Shown here: positions 51,327 through 61,127 of the stretch, piece by piece
Layout: the number at the start of each line of letters is the position of its first letter
How positions within the stretch are numbered: position 1 is the stretch's first letter
Position numbers and translations under genes: made by a program
The notes under the pieces: model-generated
The model's database searches: none
Told to the model about the DNA's origin: nothing
The model's input: the letters and a program-made list of their open reading frames with translations, nothing else
IMG/VR virus record: IMGVR_UViG_3300046167_000884
Coordinates: 56,009 to 120,008 of that record
Source: a virus
Direction: 5' to 3' (one strand)
DNA: 64,000 nt

Positions 51327-52400
51327 ATGGCGAAAAAAGCATCAAAGTCTCTCTCGGCGGCAGTGTCTGCCGAGATTAAGAGCAAATTTGATCTTAATAA
51401 ATTTAAATCATCTAAAGGTTTAAATAAAAACGTCAAATTTAAGGACCAACAATGGATACCATTATCACCCGCTTTCCAAAAAGTAGCAGGAGTACCTGGT
51501 ATACCAATGGGACATATTTCTATACTTAGAGGACACTCTGATACCGGAAAAACTACTGCATTACTTGAAGCAGCAGTATCTGCTCAAAATATGGGGATAC
51601 TTCCTGTATTTATTATTACTGAGATGAAATGGAATTGGGAACATGCCGCTCAAATGGGATTACAAGTTAATCTAATTAAAGATGATGAAGGTAATGTTGT
51701 TGACTATGAAGGTAATTTTATCTATGTTGATAGAGAAACTCTACATACAATTGAAGATGTAGCAGCATTTATAATGGATCTACAGAATGAACAGAAAAAA
51801 GGTAATTTACCTTATGATTTAGCATTTTTCTGGGATTCAATTGGATCAATTCCATGTCAAATGTCAGTTGAAAAACTGAAAAACAACAATGAATGGAATG
51901 CAGGAGCAATGTCAACACAATTTGGTAATACAGTTAACCAAAGTATTGTAATGTCTCGTAAAGAATCATCACCATATACTAATACATTAATTGCAGTTAA
52001 TAAAGTTTGGACAGCAAAAGCAGAATCACCTATGGGTCAACCAAAGATGATGAACAAAGGTGGAATGGCAATGTGGTATGATGCTACATTCGTAGTTACT
52101 TTTGGAAATATCTCAAATGCTGGAACATCTAAAATTAAAGCAATTAAAGGTGGTATGCAAGTAGAATGGGGTAAAAGAACCAACTTACAGATTGATAAAA
52201 ACCATGTTAATGGTATGCAATCAAGAGGTAAAATTGTTATGACAAACCATGGTTTTATCCAAGATACTGACAAAGATAAAAATGAGTATAAAAAAGCTCA
52301 TGCTGATGAATGGTCTAAAATCCTAGGAGGAGGACAATTTAAAATTGTAGAAGACCAAGAAGACACAACACCCGTTCTTTACGATGTAGAGGACCTATAG
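51327..52400 (+). CDS. recA: RecA/UvsX-like recombinase
   Basis: GIPMGHI...GHSDTGKT Walker A, FWDSIGS, KGGMAMWYDA. Confidence 0.8.
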   Translation: MAKKASKSLSAAVSAEIKSKFDLNKFKSSKGLNKNVKFKDQQWIPLSPAFQKVAGVPGIPMGHISILRGHSDTGKTTALLEAAVSAQNMGILPVFIITEMKWNWEHAAQMGLQVNLIKDDEGNVVDYEGNFIYVDRETLHTIEDVAAFIMDLQNEQKKGNLPYDLAFFWDSIGSIPCQMSVEKLKNNNEWNAGAMSTQFGNTVNQSIVMSRKESSPYTNTLIAVNKVWTAKAESPMGQPKMMNKGGMAMWYDATFVVTFGNISNAGTSKIKAIKGGMQVEWGKRTNLQIDKNHVNGMQSRGKIVMTNHGFIQDTDKDKNEYKKAHADEWSKILGGGQFKIVEDQEDTTPVLYDVEDL

Positions 52401-52410
52401 AAAGTAAAAC

Positions 52411-53451
52411 ATGAAGCATAAAGAATTATTTAGTCTTTTGGATAATATCCAAGAAGATCAGGAGATCCCTACCCAAAAAAAACACGATAGAGTATTAATC
52501 TTAGATGGTTTAAATTTATTTTTTAGGAATTTTGCTATGATGAATATGGTTAATCCTGATGGTATTCATATTGGGGGTTTAGGTGGTTTCTTTCGTTCTT
52601 TAGGTGCCATGATTAGACAAACAAATCCAACATCTGTTTATGTAGTATTCGACGGAGCAGGTTCAACAATAAATCGTAAGAACCTGCTCTCCGAATATAA
52701 AGGAACAAGAAATCTACAGCGAATTACTAATTGGGAAGCATTTGATAATCTTGAAGAAGAACATGACTCAAAAATCGACCAAATTGTACGTATAATACAA
52801 TATCTAAAGCTATTACCTGTTAAAACCACCATACTCGATAAAGTAGAAGCTGATGACATTATAGCCGTGTTAGCTGAAAAATTAGTAAAAAAACATGATT
52901 CAACTTGTTTTATTGTATCTAGTGATAAGGATTTTTTACAGTTAGTAACAGATAAGATTATTGTCTACAGACCAATGGAGAAAGAATATTATACTCCTAA
53001 AACTGTAGAAGAAAAATTTGGGTTAAAACCATCTAATTTTATTTTACATAAAGTACTATTAGGAGATAATTCAGATAATATTCGAGGAATTAAGGGTTTA
53101 GGTGCTAAAGGGATATTTAAAAAATTCCCTGAATTAAAAACCCATGATTTAACCTTAGATGATATTTTCGATATATCAGCTAGGAAGTTTAAAGACCATG
53201 TTGTATATTCACGCATAGTTCAGGAACAATCTCGAATTGAAACTAATTATAAAGTTATGGATTTAAGTGTTCCAATGATTGATGATAGGGGAAAAGAGCA
53301 TATAGATAATTTAATAGTAGAAGATTTCCCAGATTTTAATCCTGAAATGTTTGTTCAATTTTATAATGAAGACAAAATGGGTGGGATGATTAGGAATTTA
53401 GAAACATGGTTAAAAGATATATTTTCACAATTTAAAGGTTATAAAGATTGA
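52411..53451 (+). CDS. 5'-3' exonuclease / flap endonuclease (T4 RNase H-like)
   Basis: LILDGLN, VFDG, EADDII, SSDKDFLQL, GDNSDNIRGIKGLG. Confidence 0.92.
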   Translation: MKHKELFSLLDNIQEDQEIPTQKKHDRVLILDGLNLFFRNFAMMNMVNPDGIHIGGLGGFFRSLGAMIRQTNPTSVYVVFDGAGSTINRKNLLSEYKGTRNLQRITNWEAFDNLEEEHDSKIDQIVRIIQYLKLLPVKTTILDKVEADDIIAVLAEKLVKKHDSTCFIVSSDKDFLQLVTDKIIVYRPMEKEYYTPKTVEEKFGLKPSNFILHKVLLGDNSDNIRGIKGLGAKGIFKKFPELKTHDLTLDDIFDISARKFKDHVVYSRIVQEQSRIETNYKVMDLSVPMIDDRGKEHIDNLIVEDFPDFNPEMFVQFYNEDKMGGMIRNLETWLKDIFSQFKGYKD

Positions 53452-54809
53452 CACTAAACAGCATAAACCAGTACGGACACGATTTTCAAATAAAGGTTTT
53501 ATCATCTTTATTAACTCATAAAGAATTTTTAGTTAATATACATGATATAATTTCTGATGAGTATTTTGAAAACCCAGCACAGAAATGGGCTATAAAAGAA
53601 ATACTTAAGTATTATGACAAATATCATACTACCCCTTCTTTAGACATACTTAAGGTTGAATTACAAAAAGTAGATAATGAGGTACTACAAATTTCTATTA
53701 AAGAACAACTTAAAGAAGCATATGTAACTTCAGATGAAGATTTAGAATATGTTCAAGAAGAATTTACTAATTTTTGTAAAAACCAACAATTAAAAAAGGC
53801 ATTAATGTCTTCTGTTGATTTACTTAAAGGGGGTGATTTTGATGGTATTCGTTTTTTAATTGATAATGCATTAAAATCAGGACAGGATAAAAATTTAGGG
53901 CATGAATATATTAAAGATATTGAATCGAGGTATAGAGAAAATTCAAGAGAAACTGTTCCAACCCCTTGGGATAAAATTAATAACTTATTACAGGGTGGAC
54001 TTGGAAATGGAGATTTTGGTCTCATATTTGGTAATCCAGGAGGTGGTAAATCTTGGTCATTAGTAGCATTAGGAGGACATGCTGTTAGATTAGGATATAA
54101 TGTACTACATTATACTTTAGAATTAGGAGAAGATTATGTTGGAAAAAGATATGACGCTTTCTTTACTAAAATACCAGTTAATAAAGTAGATGCACATAGA
54201 GATAAAATTGAAGAAATCATACCACAATTACCAGGTACTCTAATTATTAAAGAATACCCAACGGGTAAGGCAACAATCTCAACTATTGAATCTCATATTG
54301 CGAAAGCAACAAGTATGGGATCCAAACCTGATTTAGTAATTATTGATTATGTTGATCTTCTTTCATCAAGAAAGAAAAATAGAGAACGTAAGGATGAAAT
54401 TGATGATATTTATACAAGTACTAAAGGATTAGCTAGGCAACTTGATATCCCTATTTGGTCAGTTTCTCAAGTAAATAGGGCAGGAGCACAGGATAAAATT
54501 ATCGAAGGAGACAAAGCCGCAGGTTCATACGATAAAATGATGATATCTGATTTCGCAATGTCTTTATCACGTAAAAAAGAAGATAAAGTTAATAATACTG
54601 GTAGATTTCATATTATGAAAAACAGGTACGGAATGGATGGTCTTACATTTTCAGTTAACGCTGATACCTCAACAGGTCATTTTGAAGTATTTGATTACAA
54701 TGATAGTGAGGATGAAGAAGAAAACTTAGCTCCACCCTCCCAATCTAATAAGTTTGATACTAATGTTGATAAATTTGATAAACAGTTACTACGTAAAAAG
54801 TTTTTTTGA
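53448..54809 (+). CDS. dnaB: Replicative DNA helicase (DnaB/gp41-like)
   Basis: GNPGGGKS, YTLEL, IIDYVDLL, SQVNR, IMKNRYG. Confidence 0.9.
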   Translation: MTLNSINQYGHDFQIKVLSSLLTHKEFLVNIHDIISDEYFENPAQKWAIKEILKYYDKYHTTPSLDILKVELQKVDNEVLQISIKEQLKEAYVTSDEDLEYVQEEFTNFCKNQQLKKALMSSVDLLKGGDFDGIRFLIDNALKSGQDKNLGHEYIKDIESRYRENSRETVPTPWDKINNLLQGGLGNGDFGLIFGNPGGGKSWSLVALGGHAVRLGYNVLHYTLELGEDYVGKRYDAFFTKIPVNKVDAHRDKIEEIIPQLPGTLIIKEYPTGKATISTIESHIAKATSMGSKPDLVIIDYVDLLSSRKKNRERKDEIDDIYTSTKGLARQLDIPIWSVSQVNRAGAQDKIIEGDKAAGSYDKMMISDFAMSLSRKKEDKVNNTGRFHIMKNRYGMDGLTFSVNADTSTGHFEVFDYNDSEDEEENLAPPSQSNKFDTNVDKFDKQLLRKKFF

Positions 54810-54843
54810 ATTAGAAAAATAACCCTAACACATTAAAAATAAT

Positions 54844-55830
54844 ATGGCAAAGAAATCTCTATTGCAGGAACGTATCGTTTATAAACCATTCGAATATCAA
54901 CAAGCCTCGGATTATTGGTTAAAACAACAACAAGCACATTGGCTTCATACAGAAGTACCTATGATGTCTGATGTTAATGATTGGAAACAAAATCTTCAAC
55001 CACATGAAAAAAACATCATTGGTTCTATTTTAAAGGGGTTTGCACAAACAGAAACTGTAGTAAATGATTATTGGTCAACTTTAGTTACTAAATGGTTTAG
55101 AAAACCAGAAGTAATTAAAATGGCTGTCACGTTTGGTGCCTTTGAAACAATCCACGCTGAAGCATATTCTTTATTAAATGAAGAACTTGGATTAGATAAT
55201 TTCAGTGAATTCTTAGAGGATGAAGCAACAATGGCTAAAATTGAAGCATTAACTGAAGTAAGAGATTCTCATGATGGTACCCCTAATTGGCACGAAAGAG
55301 CTAAATCATTAGCTGTATTTTCTGCTTTTACAGAAGGTGTAAATTTATTTTCTTCATTTGCTGTTTTATTATCATTTAAACTAGACAATAAACTTAAAGG
55401 AGTAGGACAAATAGTAGAGTGGAGCATCCGAGATGAATCATTACATTCAGAAGCAGGATGTTGGTTATTTAGAACCCTAATGCAAGAACACCCAGAATTT
55501 AATACACCTGAATTAAAAGCAGATATTGAAGAGGCCGCAAAATTATCATTAAAACTTGAATTAGATTTTATTGATAAAGTATATGAAATGGGAGACTTAA
55601 AAGGATGCCCAAAATATGATTTAGTATCATTTATCAAACACAGAGTAAATACTAAAATGAGCGATTTAGGTTATGGGGCGATAGTAAATGGTATAGATCA
55701 AGATGCAGTAAAAAGAATGAAATGGTTTGATAGCTTGTCAGCTGGAAAACAACACACAGATTTCTTTGCAAATAGAGTAACAAATTACAGTAAAGGAGTT
55801 CAGAATTGGGACGCAAACAGTTTATTTTAA
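54844..55830 (+). CDS. nrdB: Ribonucleotide reductase class I beta subunit
   Basis: YKPFEY, ETIHAEAY, TEGVNLFSSF, RDESLH, DFFANRVTNY. Confidence 0.95.
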   Translation: MAKKSLLQERIVYKPFEYQQASDYWLKQQQAHWLHTEVPMMSDVNDWKQNLQPHEKNIIGSILKGFAQTETVVNDYWSTLVTKWFRKPEVIKMAVTFGAFETIHAEAYSLLNEELGLDNFSEFLEDEATMAKIEALTEVRDSHDGTPNWHERAKSLAVFSAFTEGVNLFSSFAVLLSFKLDNKLKGVGQIVEWSIRDESLHSEAGCWLFRTLMQEHPEFNTPELKADIEEAAKLSLKLELDFIDKVYEMGDLKGCPKYDLVSFIKHRVNTKMSDLGYGAIVNGIDQDAVKRMKWFDSLSAGKQHTDFFANRVTNYSKGVQNWDANSLF

Positions 55831-55833
55831 AAT

Positions 55834-57551
55834 ATGGAAAACAACGCATTACAAGCAGATTATACAAATTGGGAAGCAGGAAAAAATTATCCAGAATGGA
55901 TGGATGAAATTTCTTTAGCAACTATTTCTAAAGGTTATTTGTTACCTGGAGAAGATGTAAAAAAAGCATACAGAAGAGTTTCTTACGCTGCGGCCAATAG
56001 ACTTAAAAAACCAGAATTGGCAACCAAATTTTTTAAAATCATGTGGAATGGTTGGTTAGGACTAGCATCACCTGTATTATCAAATATGGGGACTGATCGT
56101 GGTTTACCAATTTCATGTTTTGGTGTTGATACACCTGATTCAATACGTGGAATCGGTTTAACAAACGCAGAACTAATGAAGTTAACCGCCTCTGGTGGTG
56201 GTGTAGGTATATCGCTATCTCGTATTAGAGAACGTGGAACAGGAATTACAGGAAATGGAAAATCTGAAGGTGTAGTTCCATGGGCTAAAATATTTGATTC
56301 TTCAATTATTGCTACTAATCAAGGAAATGTTAGAAGAGGAGCAGCATCTGTAAATTTAGATATTGAACATGGAGATATAGAAGAATTCTTACAAATTCGT
56401 AGACCAAAGGGTGACCCAAATAGACAATGTCTAAACTTACATCAATGTGTTGTAGTAGGAGATTCATTTATGAGAAAATTAGAAGCAAGAGACCCGGAAG
56501 CAATGAATAGATGGGCTACTGTTTTAAAATCAAGAATGGAAACAGGTGAACCTTATATAATGTACAAGGACAATGTTAACAAGGATAACCCGATAGCTTA
56601 TAGACTAAACAATTTAGAGGTTACTATGACCAATATATGTTCGGAGATTACATTATTTACAGATGAAGAACATAGTTTTATTTGCTGTTTATCTTCTATG
56701 AATTTATCTAAATATGATGAATGGAAAGATACTGATGCCGTTGAATTAGCTACTTGGTTTTTAGATGGTGTAATGCAAGAATTTATCGATAAATCAGCTG
56801 GTAAAGATTCATTACAAAGAACTTATAACCATGCTCGTAAGGGACGTGCTTTAGGTTTAGGTGTAATGGGTTGGCATTCATTCTTACAACAAAAAGGATT
56901 ACCATTTAATTCCATAGCTTCTACAGCACACACCCATAATATATTTAATGATATTAGAGGTAAAGCAGAAAAAGCATCTATGGCTTTAGCCCAAGAATAC
57001 GGGGAACCTTTATGGTGTAGAGGAACAGGTATGAGAAATACCCATTTACTAGCAATTGCTCCTACAGTATCCAATTCAGTTATTTGTGGTGGTATTAGTG
57101 CGGGTATTGAACCTTTACCTGCTAATATTTATACATTTAATGGTGCAAAAGGTACTTTTATTAGAAAAAATAAAGTATTACAATCTATTCTAGCTGAAAA
57201 AGGGTGAAGATAAAGATAAATGGTGGGATCAAATGTTAGCCGAAGATGGCTCAGCACAAGGTTTACCTGATAATATCCTAACCCCAGATGAAAAAGAATT
57301 ATTTTTAACATTCCCTGAGATAAATCAATTAGAATTAGGTTAGACAAGCAGCTATTAGACAAAGATATATTGACCAAACACAATCCTTAAATTTATCATT
57401 TGATGTAAATGATTCACCAAAATGGATTAATCAAGTACATTTAGAAGGGTGGAAGTTAGGCATTAAAACATTTTATTATCTAAGAACTGATAGTGTAATT
57501 AAAGGGGATTTAGGTTCTCGTATGGCTGATTGCGTTTCATGTGATGGTTAA
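55834..57551 (+). CDS. nrdA: Ribonucleotide reductase class I alpha subunit (no ATP cone), extra G near 57204 and 57338
   Basis: LPISCF, GGGVG, TNICSEI, CCLSS, AIAPT, EPL. Downstream frames give FLTFPEI...IDQTQSLN...LKTFYY-like KTFYYLR and end CVSCDG. Confidence 0.92.
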
Positions 57552-57572
57552 AAGAAAAATGAAAAAGAAATT

Positions 57573-57602
57573 AAAAAGGGGTGTATTAACATCCCTTTTT
57601 TT
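57573..57602 (+). terminator. Rho-independent terminator
   Basis: AAAAAGGGGTG-TATTAA-CATCCCTTTTT. Confidence 0.75.
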
Positions 57603-57669
57603 AATATTTATGGGCAAATTAAGTTGTTAAAGAATATAGTTATCTACGTAAATAAATAAATTAAACTAT

Positions 57670-58911
57670 ATGAAAAAATTACTTTTACTAGTATTTACCC
57701 TTTTATTAACAACCCCTTCTTTTACCCAAGAACCTGCTGCTTTAGGAAAGAAAAAATTCTTTAAAGATTTATATGAGGATTTCTTAAAGTATGGGACAAT
57801 ATACGGTGCAGGTAGTATATCTAATTCAATACAAGCCGCAGAACCCGTATTTTTTGTAAGAACAGGTGAAGGAGGAACTTTATATGATATACCTAGAGTA
57901 GAAGATAATACCCCTGATTATCCACATGATTATAGATATGGATTTGGTATTAGAAAATTAGCGAGATTTGATTATGAAAGAAAACCTAGAAACTATTACG
58001 ATGGTACAGAAAGTCAGCTAGTATTTTCTGCTCCAACTTCAGCTGTAATAGGATTAGAATACCAATTACATTTAGAAAGAGAAAGATGGATGGGAAGAGA
58101 TTTTCAAAACCATAATATTTTTATAAAACATACTGGTAAATATCATATTTTAAAAATCCAAAGTAGGGAAGTAGGTAAAATTAACCTTGACTATAAATCA
58201 GCAGAAGCAAGATTTAGATTACCTATTGGTAAGAAATTCTCAATATCAGCAGGAGCAATTGCTAGGGGCCATGATAGACCTTATGGTTACAATCCAATAG
58301 AATTATGGTTAAATGAAATGGATATGGACGACCAGGGGAATATGTTTCCTGCAAATCCATGGTTTACATTAGGATATGAATATGGATACCAAGATGTATT
58401 CTATACAGAAACAAGCACAAACCCAGCAACTGGAGAAGAAGAAATAAGAAATGATTGGTATTGGGTAAACTCTAATGGAGATAGAGTAGCAGATTCTGAT
58501 TTAGAATTTAGAGATACTTACTTTACTCGGTTAATGAATAGATACAACCAAGAAAGATGGGCTGAATTAGATCCTTGGATTGAAGTAGCCCCTATAGTTG
58601 GTTTTGATTTTTATCATTATAAAAGAAACTTTTGGTTACATGCTTATGGTAATGTAATCTTACCATATCACCATTATGTTAAAGGAGATGAAGATTATTC
58701 TTATTTACATCGAAATGGATGGGGAATGGGAGGACATAATGCACAACATATGTTAGGTGATGGAGACCAATGGACAGATTACTCAGCTGGTATTAGTTTA
58801 GGAATTAAATTAACAAGACATATTGGTATATTTGCAGAAGGTGAATATGCTAAAATGTGGGATAGCAATTTGTACCAAACAACATTCGGAATTAATTATA
58901 CATTTAGATAG
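57670..58911 (+). CDS. Secreted protein, putative outer-membrane beta-barrel
   Basis: Sec signal MKKLLLLVFTLLLTTPSFTQ; aromatic-rich amphipathic strands; C-terminal FGINYTFR. Confidence 0.55.
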   Translation: MKKLLLLVFTLLLTTPSFTQEPAALGKKKFFKDLYEDFLKYGTIYGAGSISNSIQAAEPVFFVRTGEGGTLYDIPRVEDNTPDYPHDYRYGFGIRKLARFDYERKPRNYYDGTESQLVFSAPTSAVIGLEYQLHLERERWMGRDFQNHNIFIKHTGKYHILKIQSREVGKINLDYKSAEARFRLPIGKKFSISAGAIARGHDRPYGYNPIELWLNEMDMDDQGNMFPANPWFTLGYEYGYQDVFYTETSTNPATGEEEIRNDWYWVNSNGDRVADSDLEFRDTYFTRLMNRYNQERWAELDPWIEVAPIVGFDFYHYKRNFWLHAYGNVILPYHHYVKGDEDYSYLHRNGWGMGGHNAQHMLGDGDQWTDYSAGISLGIKLTRHIGIFAEGEYAKMWDSNLYQTTFGINYTFR

Positions 58912-58913
58912 AC

Positions 58914-59465
58914 ATGAAAAAATTATTATTAATAACATTATTTTTAGGATTATTCTTAGGGTGTGATAAAGATGAAGATCACCATGTAATATTAGAACCA
59001 ACATTTGAATTAGAACTTAATGGTAATAGTGTAAACCCATTTGAATTTTATAGAGTAGTAAATACTTATGGAGGTATAAAAGAAGAAAATGGAGTTATAA
59101 CTAAACTTTTTGTTCTTTATCTTCAAAGAGATGAAGGTAATCCAAGATTAGATGTTGAACATTTTGCTGTAATATTAAAAGATGTTGATGGTTTGGATAA
59201 TGGTCAATTATTAGATGTAGGCCTATATGAAAATCCTATTGTATCCCCAAAATCAACAGAACTAGAAATACCAGGAGATCAAGATTATATAGTATATGCA
59301 ACAACAACAGTTGCAGATGTACATGGTGGTCTTATATGTTTAGATGCAGAAGGAGAATTTTGGAATCCATACCAACAATCCTTTTATACAGTTAAAGCAA
59401 AATTAGAAAATTACCCAATAGGACAAGATGTTGAAGCAACACCTTATGCCTATTTATTAAATTAA
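58914..59465 (+). CDS. Lipoprotein with Bacteroidota surface-export-like signal
   Basis: Lipobox FLGC followed by DKDED. Confidence 0.7.
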   Translation: MKKLLLITLFLGLFLGCDKDEDHHVILEPTFELELNGNSVNPFEFYRVVNTYGGIKEENGVITKLFVLYLQRDEGNPRLDVEHFAVILKDVDGLDNGQLLDVGLYENPIVSPKSTELEIPGDQDYIVYATTTVADVHGGLICLDAEGEFWNPYQQSFYTVKAKLENYPIGQDVEATPYAYLLN

Positions 59466-59472
59466 AAAAAAT

Positions 59473-59757
59473 ATGGCACAACAAATAGGAGAAGATACTA
59501 AAGTAACATTAGACCTAAAAACTATAGGGATGATAGTAGGATTTACACTTACTTTAGCAGGTATGTATTTTTCTTTAAAATCAGATATAGCATACGCTGC
59601 TACACAACCAGAACCAGTTATTGAAAGAGTTGAATATGACTTAAAGGATGAGCTGATTCGTCAAACTATAATGGATACTCAAGAAGATGTAGAAATGATT
59701 CTAGAAAAAATGGAAAAGTTAGAAGAACGTCTTTATGAATTATCTAAAAACCAATAA
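59473..59757 (+). CDS. Single-TM coiled-coil membrane protein
   Basis: TM IGMIVGFTLTLAGMYFSL; C-terminal heptads. Confidence 0.65.
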   Translation: MAQQIGEDTKVTLDLKTIGMIVGFTLTLAGMYFSLKSDIAYAATQPEPVIERVEYDLKDELIRQTIMDTQEDVEMILEKMEKLEERLYELSKNQ

Positions 59758-59758
59758 A

Positions 59759-60178
59759 ATGAAAAAACTAATATTTATTCTATTTCTTTTATTTACCACC
59801 CAAATATATTCCCAATCAGAAGTTCCAGATAAATATTGGTTAGATGATTCTAATTATGAAAAAGTAATTAACGAAAAAGGAGCTTTTGATGATAGTGAAG
59901 AAGAAATTATAGTAGTAGAGTATTGGGCCAAATTTAATAGAGTAAATTGTTTTGCTAGTTGGGAAAAATTAAAAAATGTTACTTACTATCGTGTAGATAT
60001 TGCTAAATCTCCATTAACAAAGAAAAAATATAGAGTTAGAATGGCGCCTACTTTATTTGTTATTAAAGAGGGAATAATAGAATATAAGTATAAAGCAGGT
60101 CTAGATTTATTAGTACCTGTTACTTTAAAAGAATTACAAGCAGACATTGATGAACTTAAAAAGTCAAGTCAGTTTTAA
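59759..60178 (+). CDS. Secreted thioredoxin-fold protein lacking CxxC
   Basis: Signal MKKLIFILFLLFTTQIYSQ (better start than 59735); VVEYWAKFN, YRVDI, RMAPTLFVIKEG. Confidence 0.55.
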   Translation: MKKLIFILFLLFTTQIYSQSEVPDKYWLDDSNYEKVINEKGAFDDSEEEIIVVEYWAKFNRVNCFASWEKLKNVTYYRVDIAKSPLTKKKYRVRMAPTLFVIKEGIIEYKYKAGLDLLVPVTLKELQADIDELKKSSQF

Positions 60179-60217
60179 TATTTATAATAAAATTAAGTTT
60201 CACCAAAAAGTTACCTC

Positions 60218-60472
60218 ATGTTAAACAAATTAAAACAAAAATGGATGGCATTTAGAGATATTTTTAATGATAAGAATGATATAAATGAAAAAACCGTAGT
60301 TGGTTTTGCTTCATTTGCTATCATGACTATATTTGCAATAGCAGATTTAGTAACTGGATATTTTGGAAAAGATTTAGTAATTAATGAATTTATATATGAT
60401 TCATTTCTATTTATTACCTTAGGTAGTTTTGGTATTGCTGAGTTAGGTACTATTTTTAAGAAACGAAAATAA
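60218..60472 (+). CDS. Small two-TM membrane protein, holin candidate
   Basis: Two hydrophobic helices, basic C-terminus KKRK, directly upstream of the putative lysin. Confidence 0.5.
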   Translation: MLNKLKQKWMAFRDIFNDKNDINEKTVVGFASFAIMTIFAIADLVTGYFGKDLVINEFIYDSFLFITLGSFGIAELGTIFKKRK

Positions 60473-60478
60473 AATATT

Positions 60479-61087
60479 ATGAATTGTTATACAAGAGAAC
60501 AAATCGAGTCTACAATGAAAAGTAAAGGATATAAATACTTTACTGGAGGAGAATATGATGTAAATATTATTGGAGTTAGAAACTCAGAAACTAAAAATAG
60601 AGTAACTAATGCTTTCGATGATTGCATGACATTATCTTATAAAATAGAAGGTGAATGGCAATTCCATTGCTTCAAATGTACTACTGATCCTGGAACACAC
60701 TGGGTAGAGAACGTATTGAATGATAAAGGAGTTGCAATATTAAAGCCAGGTCAATATAGAGGTTCACATAAATTAAGATTGCACCAAGGTAAGTACTTAG
60801 CTTTAGGTCAACAAAAACCAGTCAAAGTATATAGAGATAATAATAGAGATAACAAATATGATCTATTAGAAGAAAATGTACACGAAGGCATATTTGGAAT
60901 CAACATCCATAGAGCAACTAGCAGATCAGGTGGTACTTCTACTCGAATAGATAAATGGTCAGCTGGATGTCAAGTAATAGCTGATAATGATGATTGGCAT
61001 GAATTTCTAGATATATGTCAAACTGCAAGAGAAATTTGGGGTAACTCTTTTACATATACTTTACTTGAATCTAAAGATATAGTATAA
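60479..61087 (+). CDS. Putative endolysin with L,D-transpeptidase (YkuD)-like catalytic motif
   Basis: GINIH...WSAGCQV His/Cys motif; TTDPG; next to a holin-like gene. Confidence 0.55.
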   Translation: MNCYTREQIESTMKSKGYKYFTGGEYDVNIIGVRNSETKNRVTNAFDDCMTLSYKIEGEWQFHCFKCTTDPGTHWVENVLNDKGVAILKPGQYRGSHKLRLHQGKYLALGQQKPVKVYRDNNRDNKYDLLEENVHEGIFGINIHRATSRSGGTSTRIDKWSAGCQVIADNDDWHEFLDICQTAREIWGNSFTYTLLESKDIV

Positions 61088-61090
61088 TTA

Positions 61091-61125
61091 CTTGGATTGC
61101 AGCTAATTTCTTACTATATTTATAA
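61091..61125 (+). promoter_or_regulatory. Composite promoter: CTTG-N20-TATATTTA overlapping ATATTTATAA
   Basis: Both recurrent motifs coincide just before the start at 61128. Confidence 0.5.
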
Positions 61126-61127
61126 CC

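Noticed and set aside
27005-57551. Programmed frameshifting or pseudogenisation in gp15-like, cysC, GT, sheath, tape measure, baseplate and nrdA genes
   Set aside because: Uniform +1 G/C duplications in essential genes fit assembly error better; only the T7 site at 39456-39463 is kept as a candidate.
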